From Craspedostauros australis (taxonomy: Eukaryota), in contig JALAGF010006157.1 of assembly GCA_030167865.1 (NCBI GenBank), positions 1 to 33,621 of the forward strand: 33,621 bases of DNA, given 5' to 3'. The number at the start of each line of letters is the position of its first letter. Position 1 is the stretch's first letter. Of this stretch, positions 1 through 8,787 are shown one piece after another. A program made the position numbers and the translations under genes. The notes under the pieces are model-generated. The model worked only from the letters and a program-made list of their open reading frames with translations. It had not been told where the DNA came from and ran no database searches.

Positions 1-2
1 CT

Positions 3-2867
3 CCGCTGCATGCGCTGGATCGTTTGTTGTACGTCCTCGCCTTCCCGTGCGTTTACCACCAAATCCGTGTCATCCACAAATGCATACCCCACCATCTCCA
101 CGTCTTCTCCGCTCGCCGCTGTTCGGAAGTTGGCTGTGTGCCCTTCTCGTTTCATGATTTCCAGTACTGGCGATGAGATCACTGCCCATATCACCGGCCC
201 TGCTCCATTCCCTTGGTAAATACCCTGCATTGGTACCACCCATCGCTTGCCTCCGTACGTGAGTCGAGATTCGCCGTACGCAGTCCTGATGTAGTGCTCA
301 AGTTGCTGGAGTGTGCTGAACATACACACCACTTCCGATTGCGCTATCCCTTGCCGTTGCAGTCCCAATGATGCCACCGTGTGCACGATTCGATCGTAGC
401 AGCTCTTGAGATCATTGGTGCAAAGCACTGTTGGCACTCGCACCTGTCTGGCCCAGTCCAACGTGAGCTGCTTATTCAGCGCATGGTCGATTGCTCGATG
501 CCGTTTGCGGCTACCATACTGTTCTTCAGCAAATCCGTTTTGCTGTTCCGCCTGATGCGCAGCCTTGCGCCCGATGGCCTTGTTCGCAAAATTGAAATCC
601 GCTTCGAATAGCACAATGGTCCTCAGCTTGTCAACTCTGAAGCTGTTCGCTTTCTTCATCAGCTCCACATCTGTGCCTTGTCGCCATCGCTGGTACGAGT
701 AGCCGCTTACCATCGCGATCGAAGTCATGCTTGCTTCAAACTCCGAATTCCTTCGATGGTGCGCTATAGCTTTGAAATGGCCAAAATGCAGCCCCGATGG
801 TCCTGCCGACGTGTCCTCCTTGGCTCTTTTCCATCCTTGCTGGAACTCCTTCGTTGTCATTCCTGCTGGTATGCTCCGGCTTGCTACCGATTTCAGCCCT
901 TGTAGGAGCTTTGCGGCGCCTTCATCAACCCATGGTCGTGGTGTGTAGCTTCCGTTGAGCGTTTGCTCCGCCGCTTCGGTCACCCCGAGATACCCGAATT
1001 CTCTTGCCAGCTGGCCGTGCATGAACGGCGTGTTCTCGGTTTGCCGAAATCGTTTCTTGTTNTCTTCCATGCATCCTTTCTCGATGTCTTCTTTGCTGGT
1101 CCGTTCCACCCACTGCCCGTTCCCGTCCGGTGCTATCACCATGGATATACCTGCCATCGCATTTTCGCCTGTGGCCATTCGTATCCTCCGATATGTTGCC
1201 CGCACTCTCTCCTTCGTCCTCAGCTGACGTAGTTGCTGCGATGTCGCTTCTCCAACCTCTCTTTCTTCTCTTCCTCTGTTGTGGCTTCGCTGCTGTTCCC
1301 CTCTTCGTCTCATTTCCTCCCCGCCTCTCGCTTCCGCTAGTCCTTCTAACCAGTTCTCTCTTGCTTTCGTTGCTCTTGTTCTGAACTGCTTAAGGTTCCC
1401 ATACGCCGATTCCTGTTCCTTTGCTACCTCCTCGTTGGCACATCTCATCAGTTCTTGTACCTTACGCGTTTCCCCTGCTCTCTTCGCCAGTCTCACGATG
1501 GTCTTCGACGAGATGTTGGCTCCTCGTTGCTTTCTCACCACGTTGTTCCACAGTCCGATGTTGGCTTCAATCCGTTTGTACTCTTTCGAGTACGGTATGC
1601 CTCCCATCCTTAGTCTACGGCAGGCCTTGTCGGCTTTCCATATTCCTTCCACGCGAATTCTGTCAAGTTTCTCTGCCTCCTTCTCCATTTTTGTCGTCCA
1701 TTCTTCTGATGCCGCTTGTTCCAGTCGGAACGCCCGTGTCCTTGCTTTGTGTTGTTTCAAGTGCGCTTCGTAGGCTTCGTTGAACTTCTGCACAATCCTT
1801 GGGTCTTCTGTCTTCACTCTCCTCGACACCGCCTTGCGCAAGTTTGGCATTGATTGCCCGAGCACCGCGATCATGCTGACGTCGATCCACAGGCATCGGT
1901 GGTCTGCTTGCCTCATTTGTATCCCCTCGTCCCATTCGCTTGCTCCTGCCCCTTCAATCCGAACTCCTGCTGTAGCGAAGATTCCGTCGATAGGCACTTT
2001 CCCTAGTCGATGCGTTGGCAATCGACTGACTTCTTCACCTGCGCATTCCATCGTGTTGGTTAGCCCTGTGGCCTCTTGGAATTGCCGCATAGTGGCCGAA
2101 TTCGTGTCTTCGTTGCAGTCCATTGCCACGATTACATGGTCGCCTTCCGCTCTCCACGCCTGAATCGCTTTCTGAAGGTCCTCTATCATCGCCGCTCGGG
2201 GCTCCTTGTCCATCTTCTTCTCATTGAAGTACCGCCGCTGTTGTGCGTGTGTGTTCAAGAATCCCTTACTTCGTGGTCTGCACGGTCTATACGCTGTTAC
2301 CACTCGGAGCGTTTGCTGATTTGCTCTGCGGTATCGTTGCCACACCCATCGCCCCAACTTGGTTGGGTCTTCGCCTTGGCCCATGATGCGAATTGCCGCT
2401 TGGAATCTGCTGATCATTGCCACTCCTCCCCACTGTTTGCTTTGCGTGGGTTCGTTGGTCGTGTTATTCGCCGTCTTCGCCACTGCCGTTCCTGTTGGCC
2501 ACCATTCCTGTATCCGCCCTTTGAGTGTGTGCTCTGTTGATGTCGTCCTCCAGTCCACATTCACCTCTGTGATCCCGAATACATCGAATTCGCCTTCGTT
2601 CATCCACCTCTTCAATCCTTCGTCAACTGCTCCTGGTCTCCTTCCGAGTCCTCCGAAGTTCTGCAACCCTATCCTCAGTTGCCCCGTTCGCTTCCTCAGC
2701 ATTCTCCTCCTCACCCGAGTCATCCTTCCCCCTTCGTTCGTATCCTGTCGTCTGCTGCTGTTGGGTTGTTGCGGTATAACCTCCCGATCCGCAGGNGCTT
2801 GTTGTGGGCTCTGAGTCGTTCGTCGTGCTGCCACCGACTGTTGCTCTTGCCCTTCTGGTCTAACCAT
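3..2867 (-). CDS. Retrotransposon ORF2: AP-endonuclease + reverse transcriptase (partial, about 955 codons visible, no stop in window)
   Basis: Hand translation from the ATG at 2867 (another in-frame ATG at 2723). APE motifs at ~1880-2670: IGLQNFGG, DVFGITEVN, WGGVA, DPTKLGRW, VVTAYRP, VIVAMDCNE, PIDGIF, ADHRCLWID. RT motifs at ~3-830: TSAGPSGLHFGHFK, KLRTIVLFEADFN, EQYGSRK, NDLKSCYDRIVH, QGIYQGNGAGP and catalytic YAFVDD at 69-86. The frame is the same at both ends. Confidence 0.92.
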   Translation of the reverse strand, partial: MVRPEGQEQQSVAARRTTQSPQQXPADREVIPQQPNSSRRQDTNEGGRMTRVRRRMLRKRTGQLRIGLQNFGGLGRRPGAVDEGLKRWMNEGEFDVFGITEVNVDWRTTSTEHTLKGRIQEWWPTGTAVAKTANNTTNEPTQSKQWGGVAMISRFQAAIRIMGQGEDPTKLGRWVWQRYRRANQQTLRVVTAYRPCRPRSKGFLNTHAQQRRYFNEKKMDKEPRAAMIEDLQKAIQAWRAEGDHVIVAMDCNEDTNSATMRQFQEATGLTNTMECAGEEVSRLPTHRLGKVPIDGIFATAGVRIEGAGASEWDEGIQMRQADHRCLWIDVSMIAVLGQSMPNLRKAVSRRVKTEDPRIVQKFNEAYEAHLKQHKARTRAFRLEQAASEEWTTKMEKEAEKLDRIRVEGIWKADKACRRLRMGGIPYSKEYKRIEANIGLWNNVVRKQRGANISSKTIVRLAKRAGETRKVQELMRCANEEVAKEQESAYGNLKQFRTRATKARENWLEGLAEARGGEEMRRRGEQQRSHNRGREEREVGEATSQQLRQLRTKERVRATYRRIRMATGENAMAGISMVIAPDGNGQWVERTSKEDIEKGCMEXNKKRFRQTENTPFMHGQLAREFGYLGVTEAAEQTLNGSYTPRPWVDEGAAKLLQGLKSVASRSIPAGMTTKEFQQGWKRAKEDTSAGPSGLHFGHFKAIAHHRRNSEFEASMTSIAMVSGYSYQRWRQGTDVELMKKANSFRVDKLRTIVLFEADFNFANKAIGRKAAHQAEQQNGFAEEQYGSRKRHRAIDHALNKQLTLDWARQVRVPTVLCTNDLKSCYDRIVHTVASLGLQRQGIAQSEVVCMFSTLQQLEHYIRTAYGESRLTYGGKRWVVPMQGIYQGNGAGPVIWAVISSPVLEIMKREGHTANFRTAASGEDVEMVGYAFVDDTDLVVNAREGEDVQQTIQRMQR

Positions 2868-3325
2868 TCGCCGAGTCCCCTCGCGGTTCCTCAGCTCGTT
2901 GCGTCTCGTGCGCCTCTTCCCGGTCGTCACCCGTTCCGATGGTTTGTGTTGTGCACTGGACCGTCTGTGGCCTTACTCCAATGTTTTTTCGCGNNNNNNN
3001 NNNNNNNNNNNNNNNNNNNNNNNNNNNNNNNNNNNNNNNNNNNCACCCGAGTCATCCTTCCCCCTTCGTTCGTATCCTGTCGTCTGCTGCTGTTGGGTTG
3101 TTGCGGTATAACCTCCCGATCCGCAGGGGCTTGTTGTGGGCTCTGAGTCGTTCGTCGTGCTGCCACCGACTGTTGCTCTTGCCCTTCTGGTCTAACCATT
3201 CGCCGAGTCCCCTCGCGGTTCCTCAGCTCGTTGCGTCTCGTGCGCCTCTTCCCGGTCGTCACCCGTTCCGATGGTTTGTGTTGTGCACTGGACCGTCTGT
3301 GGCCTTACTCCAATGTTTTTTCGCG
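2712..3325. other. Assembly gap (50 N, 2994-3043) flanked by a 282-bp direct duplication; probable unmerged contig overlap
   Basis: 2712-2993 matches 3044-3325 (offset 332) except for one N, and both copies abut the N run exactly. Confidence 0.9.
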
Positions 3326-5918
3326 GCTTTTCTGCCGCNTTGAGCGCCTCGTTCTCTGCCTTCGTGGTTACCACCAGTTGTTTCAGCTCTTCCATTTGCT
3401 GTTGCATGGCGGCCATCATCGCTCGTGTAGTTCCGGTCGTTCGCCCGGTACTCCCCGACAATGTTGATGTCACTGATCCCTGTGCCTGCGCTTCCAATAT
3501 CTTCCCCATCTGCTCTTGAAGTACTGCCATCTTCTCCTTCTGTGTTCCCGACGTGCTTCTGCTCGCCCCTGTGATCGTTGATCCTGTCGACCCTTCTTCT
3601 TCTCTCGCTTGCTGGGCCGCTCGCCTCTTTTCGCTTCGTCTCTCCCGAACCTTTCTCCATGCGCTCGTGTCTCTCATCGATGGNATTGTATCGTCGTCTC
3701 CGTAATCCTTCTCTCTTCTGATTGGAACTCCTCTTTCCTCTTCCTCGTCTTCGTCGTCTTCACCTTCTTCTCTGGTCGTCTGGAAATGCATGTCCTCGTC
3801 GACCTCCATGGCTGCTTCCACTTCCTTGTCTTTTTCGGATATCACTCTTTTTGTGGCCTCATCCCATTTCATCGTCTTTGCTTCTACCCGTGCCATGGAC
3901 GTAAACAGTTGTTCCACATCCTCTCCGTAGTTGGCTGTCAACTTGACCAGCAACCCTTTGACCACCATTCTTGCTTCCGCTGTCTTGTCTGGGTGGAATT
4001 GTAGCACGTAGCCGTTGCCCCTCCACTGCTTGTCTATCGATGTGAAGAGCGGCGTCTTTTCGTTGCCGGTGGTGGACTTGATCCGCATCACCATCTCTCT
4101 GAGTGTGAGATGGGTGCCGTCTGGAATCTCTTGCAAGCACTCCGGGATGATGTCATAGGTCGTCATCGCTACTGCGTGTAGGCACCACTCCATTTGGCGT
4201 TCGCGTAGCTCAAACCATCCTTTCCTCATGTCTGTGTTGACAATACCGGATAATGGCGTGATGATACGCATTCTCACTCCCAGTGGAAACTTCTTCGACT
4301 TCGTGCTGTAGTACACTTCCAGTACTTTGGCCACTAGCGCTCGATCCTCTGTGCTTGATTCCACATGAAGCGCCCTTGGATCTTTCTTCGTGTCCCTGTT
4401 GGGATCGTATTTTTCTCCGTCTGCTATCCGCTTCCATGTGATTGCTACCTGTGTCTTGGCTAGCTTTGTGAGTTCCGCCTCCAGTGCTTCTGCGTCGATC
4501 TGTCGGGTGGAGTATAGGAGCCAACCCAGCGTTGTTGTAGAGTGGGCCTGTATCTTCGCCACTTCAAACCTCCCTCCGATGTGTTGGAAGTAGTCCGTCA
4601 GCTCTCCTGTGATTTTGCTGATAGGTCCTTTTGCTTCAATCTTGACTTTCAGGTACCCTTTCTCTTTTGCTGCTTTGTAGATTGGCCGCACTCCTTTGAA
4701 GAACCTTTTCAAGTTAGTCATATCTGTTGGGAATGACTCCATTGCGTGCACGATCGTTTGGTCTTTGTAAGGGTTCCAAGGCAGCAGTTTTGCTGTCGCG
4801 TTCACCCGTTGGATTGATCGTAGGAACTCTTTGCATGATGCAATAGCTGCATCGATCGCCGTGCCTGCGTCGTTGGCGCCATCTCCTCCTTCGATCATCA
4901 TCTGTACGTCGCAGTAGCGTGTCTCGATTGCTTCGCTTTCGCGTGCTTGGCTCCTTCCGATCCCACTCTCGTTGCTTCCAGCTTGTGTTTCGTCGTCACA
5001 ATCCATTGGTGGGTGGATGTTGTCCCGCCTGATTTCTCCAATTGCCTGTGGTGTCTCTGGTATTGCGTTCGTCGTCTTTTCCTTGTCCTCTGGTGCTTTC
5101 TCCTGCGTCTTTTCTGCCTCTGGCTCTTCGTCCCGTAGGTCCGTTCGTTTGGCCGGCAGCTCCACCGCTGTTGAATGTCGCGGGCTTCTTTCCGTTCTTT
5201 TCTTGCTGCCTCCTTGATCCAGTGTCTCTTCTCCCGTCTCCACTGCTGTGTTGTCCCCTCCGGTTCCTTCCTCCCACGTGTCCGCCCATTCGTTCTCTTT
5301 GTCGCTGCTTGTGTCCTCCCCCCCTTTCGCTGCCTTTGGTTCGTTCGTTTCTCTGCTCGTCCCGTCACGTCGTTGCCCTGCCTCTTCTCCATCTTGCTTT
5401 CCATTGTCCTTATCTTCGTTGCCCTTTGTTGCCTTGATCTCTTTCATCTTGCCCCACTTCTTGCTCAACGCCTTGCGTATTGCCTCCGTTGCTGCTCCAA
5501 CGCTTCGTTGCCCCGCATTCGTTGTCTGTACTGTGATGTTGTCGTTTTCGATGCACTGTGTGCACACCACTGGGAATCCTCTTGGTGTCACCAAGCCTTC
5601 TTCTGGCTTGATCCATGCTCTGCATTCCCTGTGCGCCGGTACGCCGCACATAATACATCGCACAGCTGCTGCTGCCTGTCCTCTTCCCTTGCAGTACTTG
5701 CCTGCGGCGCATTCTACCTTGCGAACACCTCGTGCTTGCTTTCCATCTTTCTCGCCCTGTTGGCCCTCGTTCGTCATCGCGTCTTGCCCTGTCTTTTCCT
5801 CTACTCCTCCTGGTCTGTTGCTCTTCGCCTTGTTGCTGTTGATGCCGCCTCTGACATACGCTTCCATCGGCATCTGGCCCGTTGGTCGCGTCATCTTGCT
5901 GCTCCTCGTCGTCGTCAT
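3192..5918 (-). CDS. Retrotransposon ORF1 protein (908 aa) with N-terminal PHD-type zinc finger and C-terminal coiled coil
   Basis: Long ORF directly upstream of ORF2. Contains C-x5-C...CIMC-x4-H-x2-C...CTQC (C4HC3 pattern, ~5550-5715), an acidic disordered linker, a central globular region and a heptad-like C-terminal segment (MMAAMQQQMEELKQLVVTTKAENEAL). Confidence 0.85.
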   Translation of the reverse strand: MTTTRSSKMTRPTGQMPMEAYVRGGINSNKAKSNRPGGVEEKTGQDAMTNEGQQGEKDGKQARGVRKVECAAGKYCKGRGQAAAAVRCIMCGVPAHRECRAWIKPEEGLVTPRGFPVVCTQCIENDNITVQTTNAGQRSVGAATEAIRKALSKKWGKMKEIKATKGNEDKDNGKQDGEEAGQRRDGTSRETNEPKAAKGGEDTSSDKENEWADTWEEGTGGDNTAVETGEETLDQGGSKKRTERSPRHSTAVELPAKRTDLRDEEPEAEKTQEKAPEDKEKTTNAIPETPQAIGEIRRDNIHPPMDCDDETQAGSNESGIGRSQARESEAIETRYCDVQMMIEGGDGANDAGTAIDAAIASCKEFLRSIQRVNATAKLLPWNPYKDQTIVHAMESFPTDMTNLKRFFKGVRPIYKAAKEKGYLKVKIEAKGPISKITGELTDYFQHIGGRFEVAKIQAHSTTTLGWLLYSTRQIDAEALEAELTKLAKTQVAITWKRIADGEKYDPNRDTKKDPRALHVESSTEDRALVAKVLEVYYSTKSKKFPLGVRMRIITPLSGIVNTDMRKGWFELRERQMEWCLHAVAMTTYDIIPECLQEIPDGTHLTLREMVMRIKSTTGNEKTPLFTSIDKQWRGNGYVLQFHPDKTAEARMVVKGLLVKLTANYGEDVEQLFTSMARVEAKTMKWDEATKRVISEKDKEVEAAMEVDEDMHFQTTREEGEDDEDEEEERGVPIRREKDYGDDDTXPSMRDTSAWRKVRERRSEKRRAAQQAREEEGSTGSTITGASRSTSGTQKEKMAVLQEQMGKILEAQAQGSVTSTLSGSTGRTTGTTRAMMAAMQQQMEELKQLVVTTKAENEALXAAEKPRKNIGVRPQTVQCTTQTIGTGDDREEAHETQRAEEPRGDSANG

Positions 5919-6567
5919 TTCGTCGTTGTTTTACTGGTTGTTTTGCTGTTTGGTGTTTGTCTTCAATTTGTTTATTCGTGGTTTATTTGCTGCGACAATT
6001 TCTTCCGGAAGTTGGTTCCATCTGGAAATTGTAGAGAGTATTGTATTCTACTTCGGAACACATGAAGCATGGGCAGAGCACGAATGTCGCGACCTCGGAG
6101 CGCCCGATCCGAGCAAAAAATGATCGGGTGGCTGATTCGAATGAGTCGATCAACGCGCTTCCCGTTGTCTTTGTTGGCGCCAAAAAGGGGGATGATTCCA
6201 ACAACGCGAACTCCCCTTCGCAGACACAATCACATGCAACGAACAAGGGAGCTCACAAAGACCACCCAAGGTCATAATCGTACGACTACTAGTAAAATCA
6301 GTCGCCAACAACAGAGCCAGCATCTCAATCCAAGGCGCTGCCTTCGGCACAGACACGTCTGGCTCGTACCGCAGTTCGGGATCTTCCGACCAACACACTT
6401 CCATCAACAACGACAAGAAGAAGGGCTGATCCTCCAAGTCAAGAGGGGTCATTCAGAAGGATATCGCCAACAGCATCACTCACGAGGCACAGATATCCAC
6501 TCTTCTCGACTTCCGCCACCACGCTCATTCTTTCGTTCTCTCCACAGCACAATCAAGAACCATCGCA

Positions 6568-8235
6568 ATGAAGGATCATGGAGGCGCGTCGATGGGTTCC
6601 TCTCAGCGGGCATTTCCGTCCGGAAAACGCGGCGTCAACGCTCTTTCCACAAAGGATGATTCATCGCAGAGATCCACGAGGGCGTCTGGAAACGGCCTGA
6701 ATACGATCTGGTTCGGCCTCATCGGCATCACATGCTGCATGTTTGGTCTGACTGCCTTCTCCATCCATGGAACTTCCAGCGATCACCCGTTGCATTCGTC
6801 TCATGTGCACCGCAGGGCCATCATGCTGCGTGAATTCCAAGGGAAGGCCAGCATTGGCGTGGAGCAGGCAGCGCAGTCAGTTTATTCAGCGCAGTCAACA
6901 GCGAACGAAACAAAAGGAAGAGTCGCCGATCACCAGGAATCGGAGCGTCAGATTCTCACTGTGTTTTCGACCAGCTGTTCCGATCAGCAGCATTGGGAAT
7001 CGTACGTCCTCTTCTACCATGCTGCCAAAGTGCAGCAGCCAGGCACGGTGACGAGGATTTGCTCAGGATGCAAACCGAACGAGATGAGATGGATCAAGGA
7101 CTTTCACGAGAAGCACATCGCTCCAATGAACCCGGGGAAATTCCTTCTACATCTGACGCCGTCCTTCAGCCAGCTGAAGAAGGACAACGGCAAGAAGGTC
7201 AGCTACAAGTACATGAACAAACCATACGGTCTCTTGCACTGGATGGAGAATGAGCTGGGCATGGATCCTGACATCGATCCCTTCGCCGTCCAGCCACCGA
7301 ACGACGCGAACGGCAGTTCTTCCAAATCAGTCGAGCATGGTGTGGTCGTGCTGATGGACCCTGACATGATTCTGCTTCGGCCGCTCACCGGGGATTTCAC
7401 TGATGAGAACATGATCTTCGCACCGTCGAACCGCGATCACATCAAGCGAGTAGAGCATGGGGCTCCCATCGCGCAGCAGGATGGATACCTGAACAGCCAA
7501 TGGATGAGACTCAACACCACCTACATCACGAACGGCCGCGCATCCAATCTCGGGGGCGTTCAATTCAGCGATGGTGCCAAGAATTGGAACACAGGACCAC
7601 CGTACATGGCAACAGTTCGCGACATGCACCGGATAGCAATGGTATGGGCGGACTATGCACCACGCGTTCACGATCTATACCCAGAACTGTTCGCAGAAAT
7701 GTACGGCTTCATCCATGCCACCGTGCAGCTAGGGCTGCCGCATACGCTGATCAAATCCATCGTGGTGTCAACGACGACAACGAACGACAGGGAAGGCTGG
7801 CCATACGTGGATGCCTTGGACGATTCGGAGATCTGCCAACCGCAGCCAGTGTCTGGGAAGGACCTTCCTGTTGGACTGCATTACTGCAAGCGCTATGCTT
7901 TGGACTGGTGGTTCTTCTCCAAGTATCGCCTCAAGAAGAAGTTCATCTCCTGCGAGACCCCCTTGTTGCGCATGCCGCCTGCGGACCTTCCCGCAAAGCG
8001 CTTGAATTATGCCTACTGGCCACCGCCGCATGGTCACAGGGGGACTTACGATTCGCCGAAAACGATGCTCTCAGAGAAGAATGGGCGGCGGGAGGCCTTC
8101 ATGCTGTGCGGGCTGATACGCGCAATCAATGAAGCCGCCTTGCACTTCAAGCAATCCGAAGCATCCGGCTGTCTCGGCAACCCCAACACCAACACGTCCG
8201 CCACCTACTCGATTCATGAAGATCCTGACCACTGA
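6568..8235 (+). CDS. Type II membrane glycosyltransferase, peptidyl-serine alpha-galactosyltransferase (SGT1) / hydroxyproline O-arabinosyltransferase-like
   Basis: 555 aa. N-terminal TM segment (TIWFGLIGITCCMFGLTAFSI) and motifs VFSTSCS..QHWES, QPGTVTRICSGC, YMNKPYGLLHW, DxD in LMDPDMILLRP, GPPY and FAEMYGF, as in the SGT1/HPAT superfamily. Confidence 0.78.
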   Translation: MKDHGGASMGSSQRAFPSGKRGVNALSTKDDSSQRSTRASGNGLNTIWFGLIGITCCMFGLTAFSIHGTSSDHPLHSSHVHRRAIMLREFQGKASIGVEQAAQSVYSAQSTANETKGRVADHQESERQILTVFSTSCSDQQHWESYVLFYHAAKVQQPGTVTRICSGCKPNEMRWIKDFHEKHIAPMNPGKFLLHLTPSFSQLKKDNGKKVSYKYMNKPYGLLHWMENELGMDPDIDPFAVQPPNDANGSSSKSVEHGVVVLMDPDMILLRPLTGDFTDENMIFAPSNRDHIKRVEHGAPIAQQDGYLNSQWMRLNTTYITNGRASNLGGVQFSDGAKNWNTGPPYMATVRDMHRIAMVWADYAPRVHDLYPELFAEMYGFIHATVQLGLPHTLIKSIVVSTTTTNDREGWPYVDALDDSEICQPQPVSGKDLPVGLHYCKRYALDWWFFSKYRLKKKFISCETPLLRMPPADLPAKRLNYAYWPPPHGHRGTYDSPKTMLSEKNGRREAFMLCGLIRAINEAALHFKQSEASGCLGNPNTNTSATYSIHEDPDH

Positions 8236-8488
8236 AGCATGCTGCTCTCGAGGCATCAATAGATATAATGCCTTGCAACTCAATCTACTGTAATGCACGA
8301 GCGATGCGGAGAATGCAATTTCCATGAATAGATCGTAGATTTTTGGGTGTACCCGCAGACGACTCATCAGGACTCATCACGTGATTTGCGTATCTTCGCC
8401 GCCTGTCCTTCACCCGGATTCTCGCTGTTTCGTTGACCCAGCCAACAACCACCAACAACTGTCCCTCACTTTTTCTGTTCACAAACAA

Positions 8489-8554
8489 CAACTCAACTCA
8501 ACCCAACCCAACCCAACTCAACCCAACTCAACCCAACCCAACCCAACCCAACCC
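8489..8554. repeat. Pentanucleotide microsatellite (CAACC/CAACT)n
   Basis: About 13 units read directly from the sequence. Confidence 0.95.
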
Positions 8555-8787
8555 GAATCGATCATTTCGACACACAAAGAGGAAAGCACGCCGGACACAT
8601 CTCCGCCCAACGCTGCACTCGAGGGAAGTGCATCCATCCACATCCATACACACCAATCCTGCACAGAGTACTTCTCTCTACTCTTGAAGATACCAACTGA
8701 GCGGAAAACCAGGGACGAGCGCAGCATCAGTTGGCAACTTCGGCGAGTGCTGTGCTCTGCTACGCTGGTAGTACAATATATGCAAAG

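Larger units (their letters stand above)
1..6050 (-). mobile_element. Non-LTR (LINE-like) retrotransposon, probably Ambal-like; 5' portion only, with the 3' end outside the window. The 5' boundary is approximate.
   Basis: Two tandem minus-strand ORFs: ORF1 (908 aa, PHD-like finger) and ORF2 (AP-endonuclease + RT). The coding strand is strongly purine-rich and there is an A/C-rich leader upstream of the ORF1 ATG. The clade is suggested by RT motif style (QGIYQGNGAGP, YAFVDD, NDLKSCYDRI), which I recall from diatom Ambal-type elements. Confidence 0.9.

Noticed and set aside
2712..3325. 282-bp direct repeat at the ORF1/ORF2 junction as a real duplication or LTR
   Set aside because: The copies are identical and abut a round 50-N gap, and collapsing them gives a clean ORF1/ORF2 junction. 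This is an assembly artefact.
8489..8554. Interstitial telomere repeat
   Set aside because: The unit is GGGTT/GAGTT rather than TTAGGG-type, so it is treated as a microsatellite.
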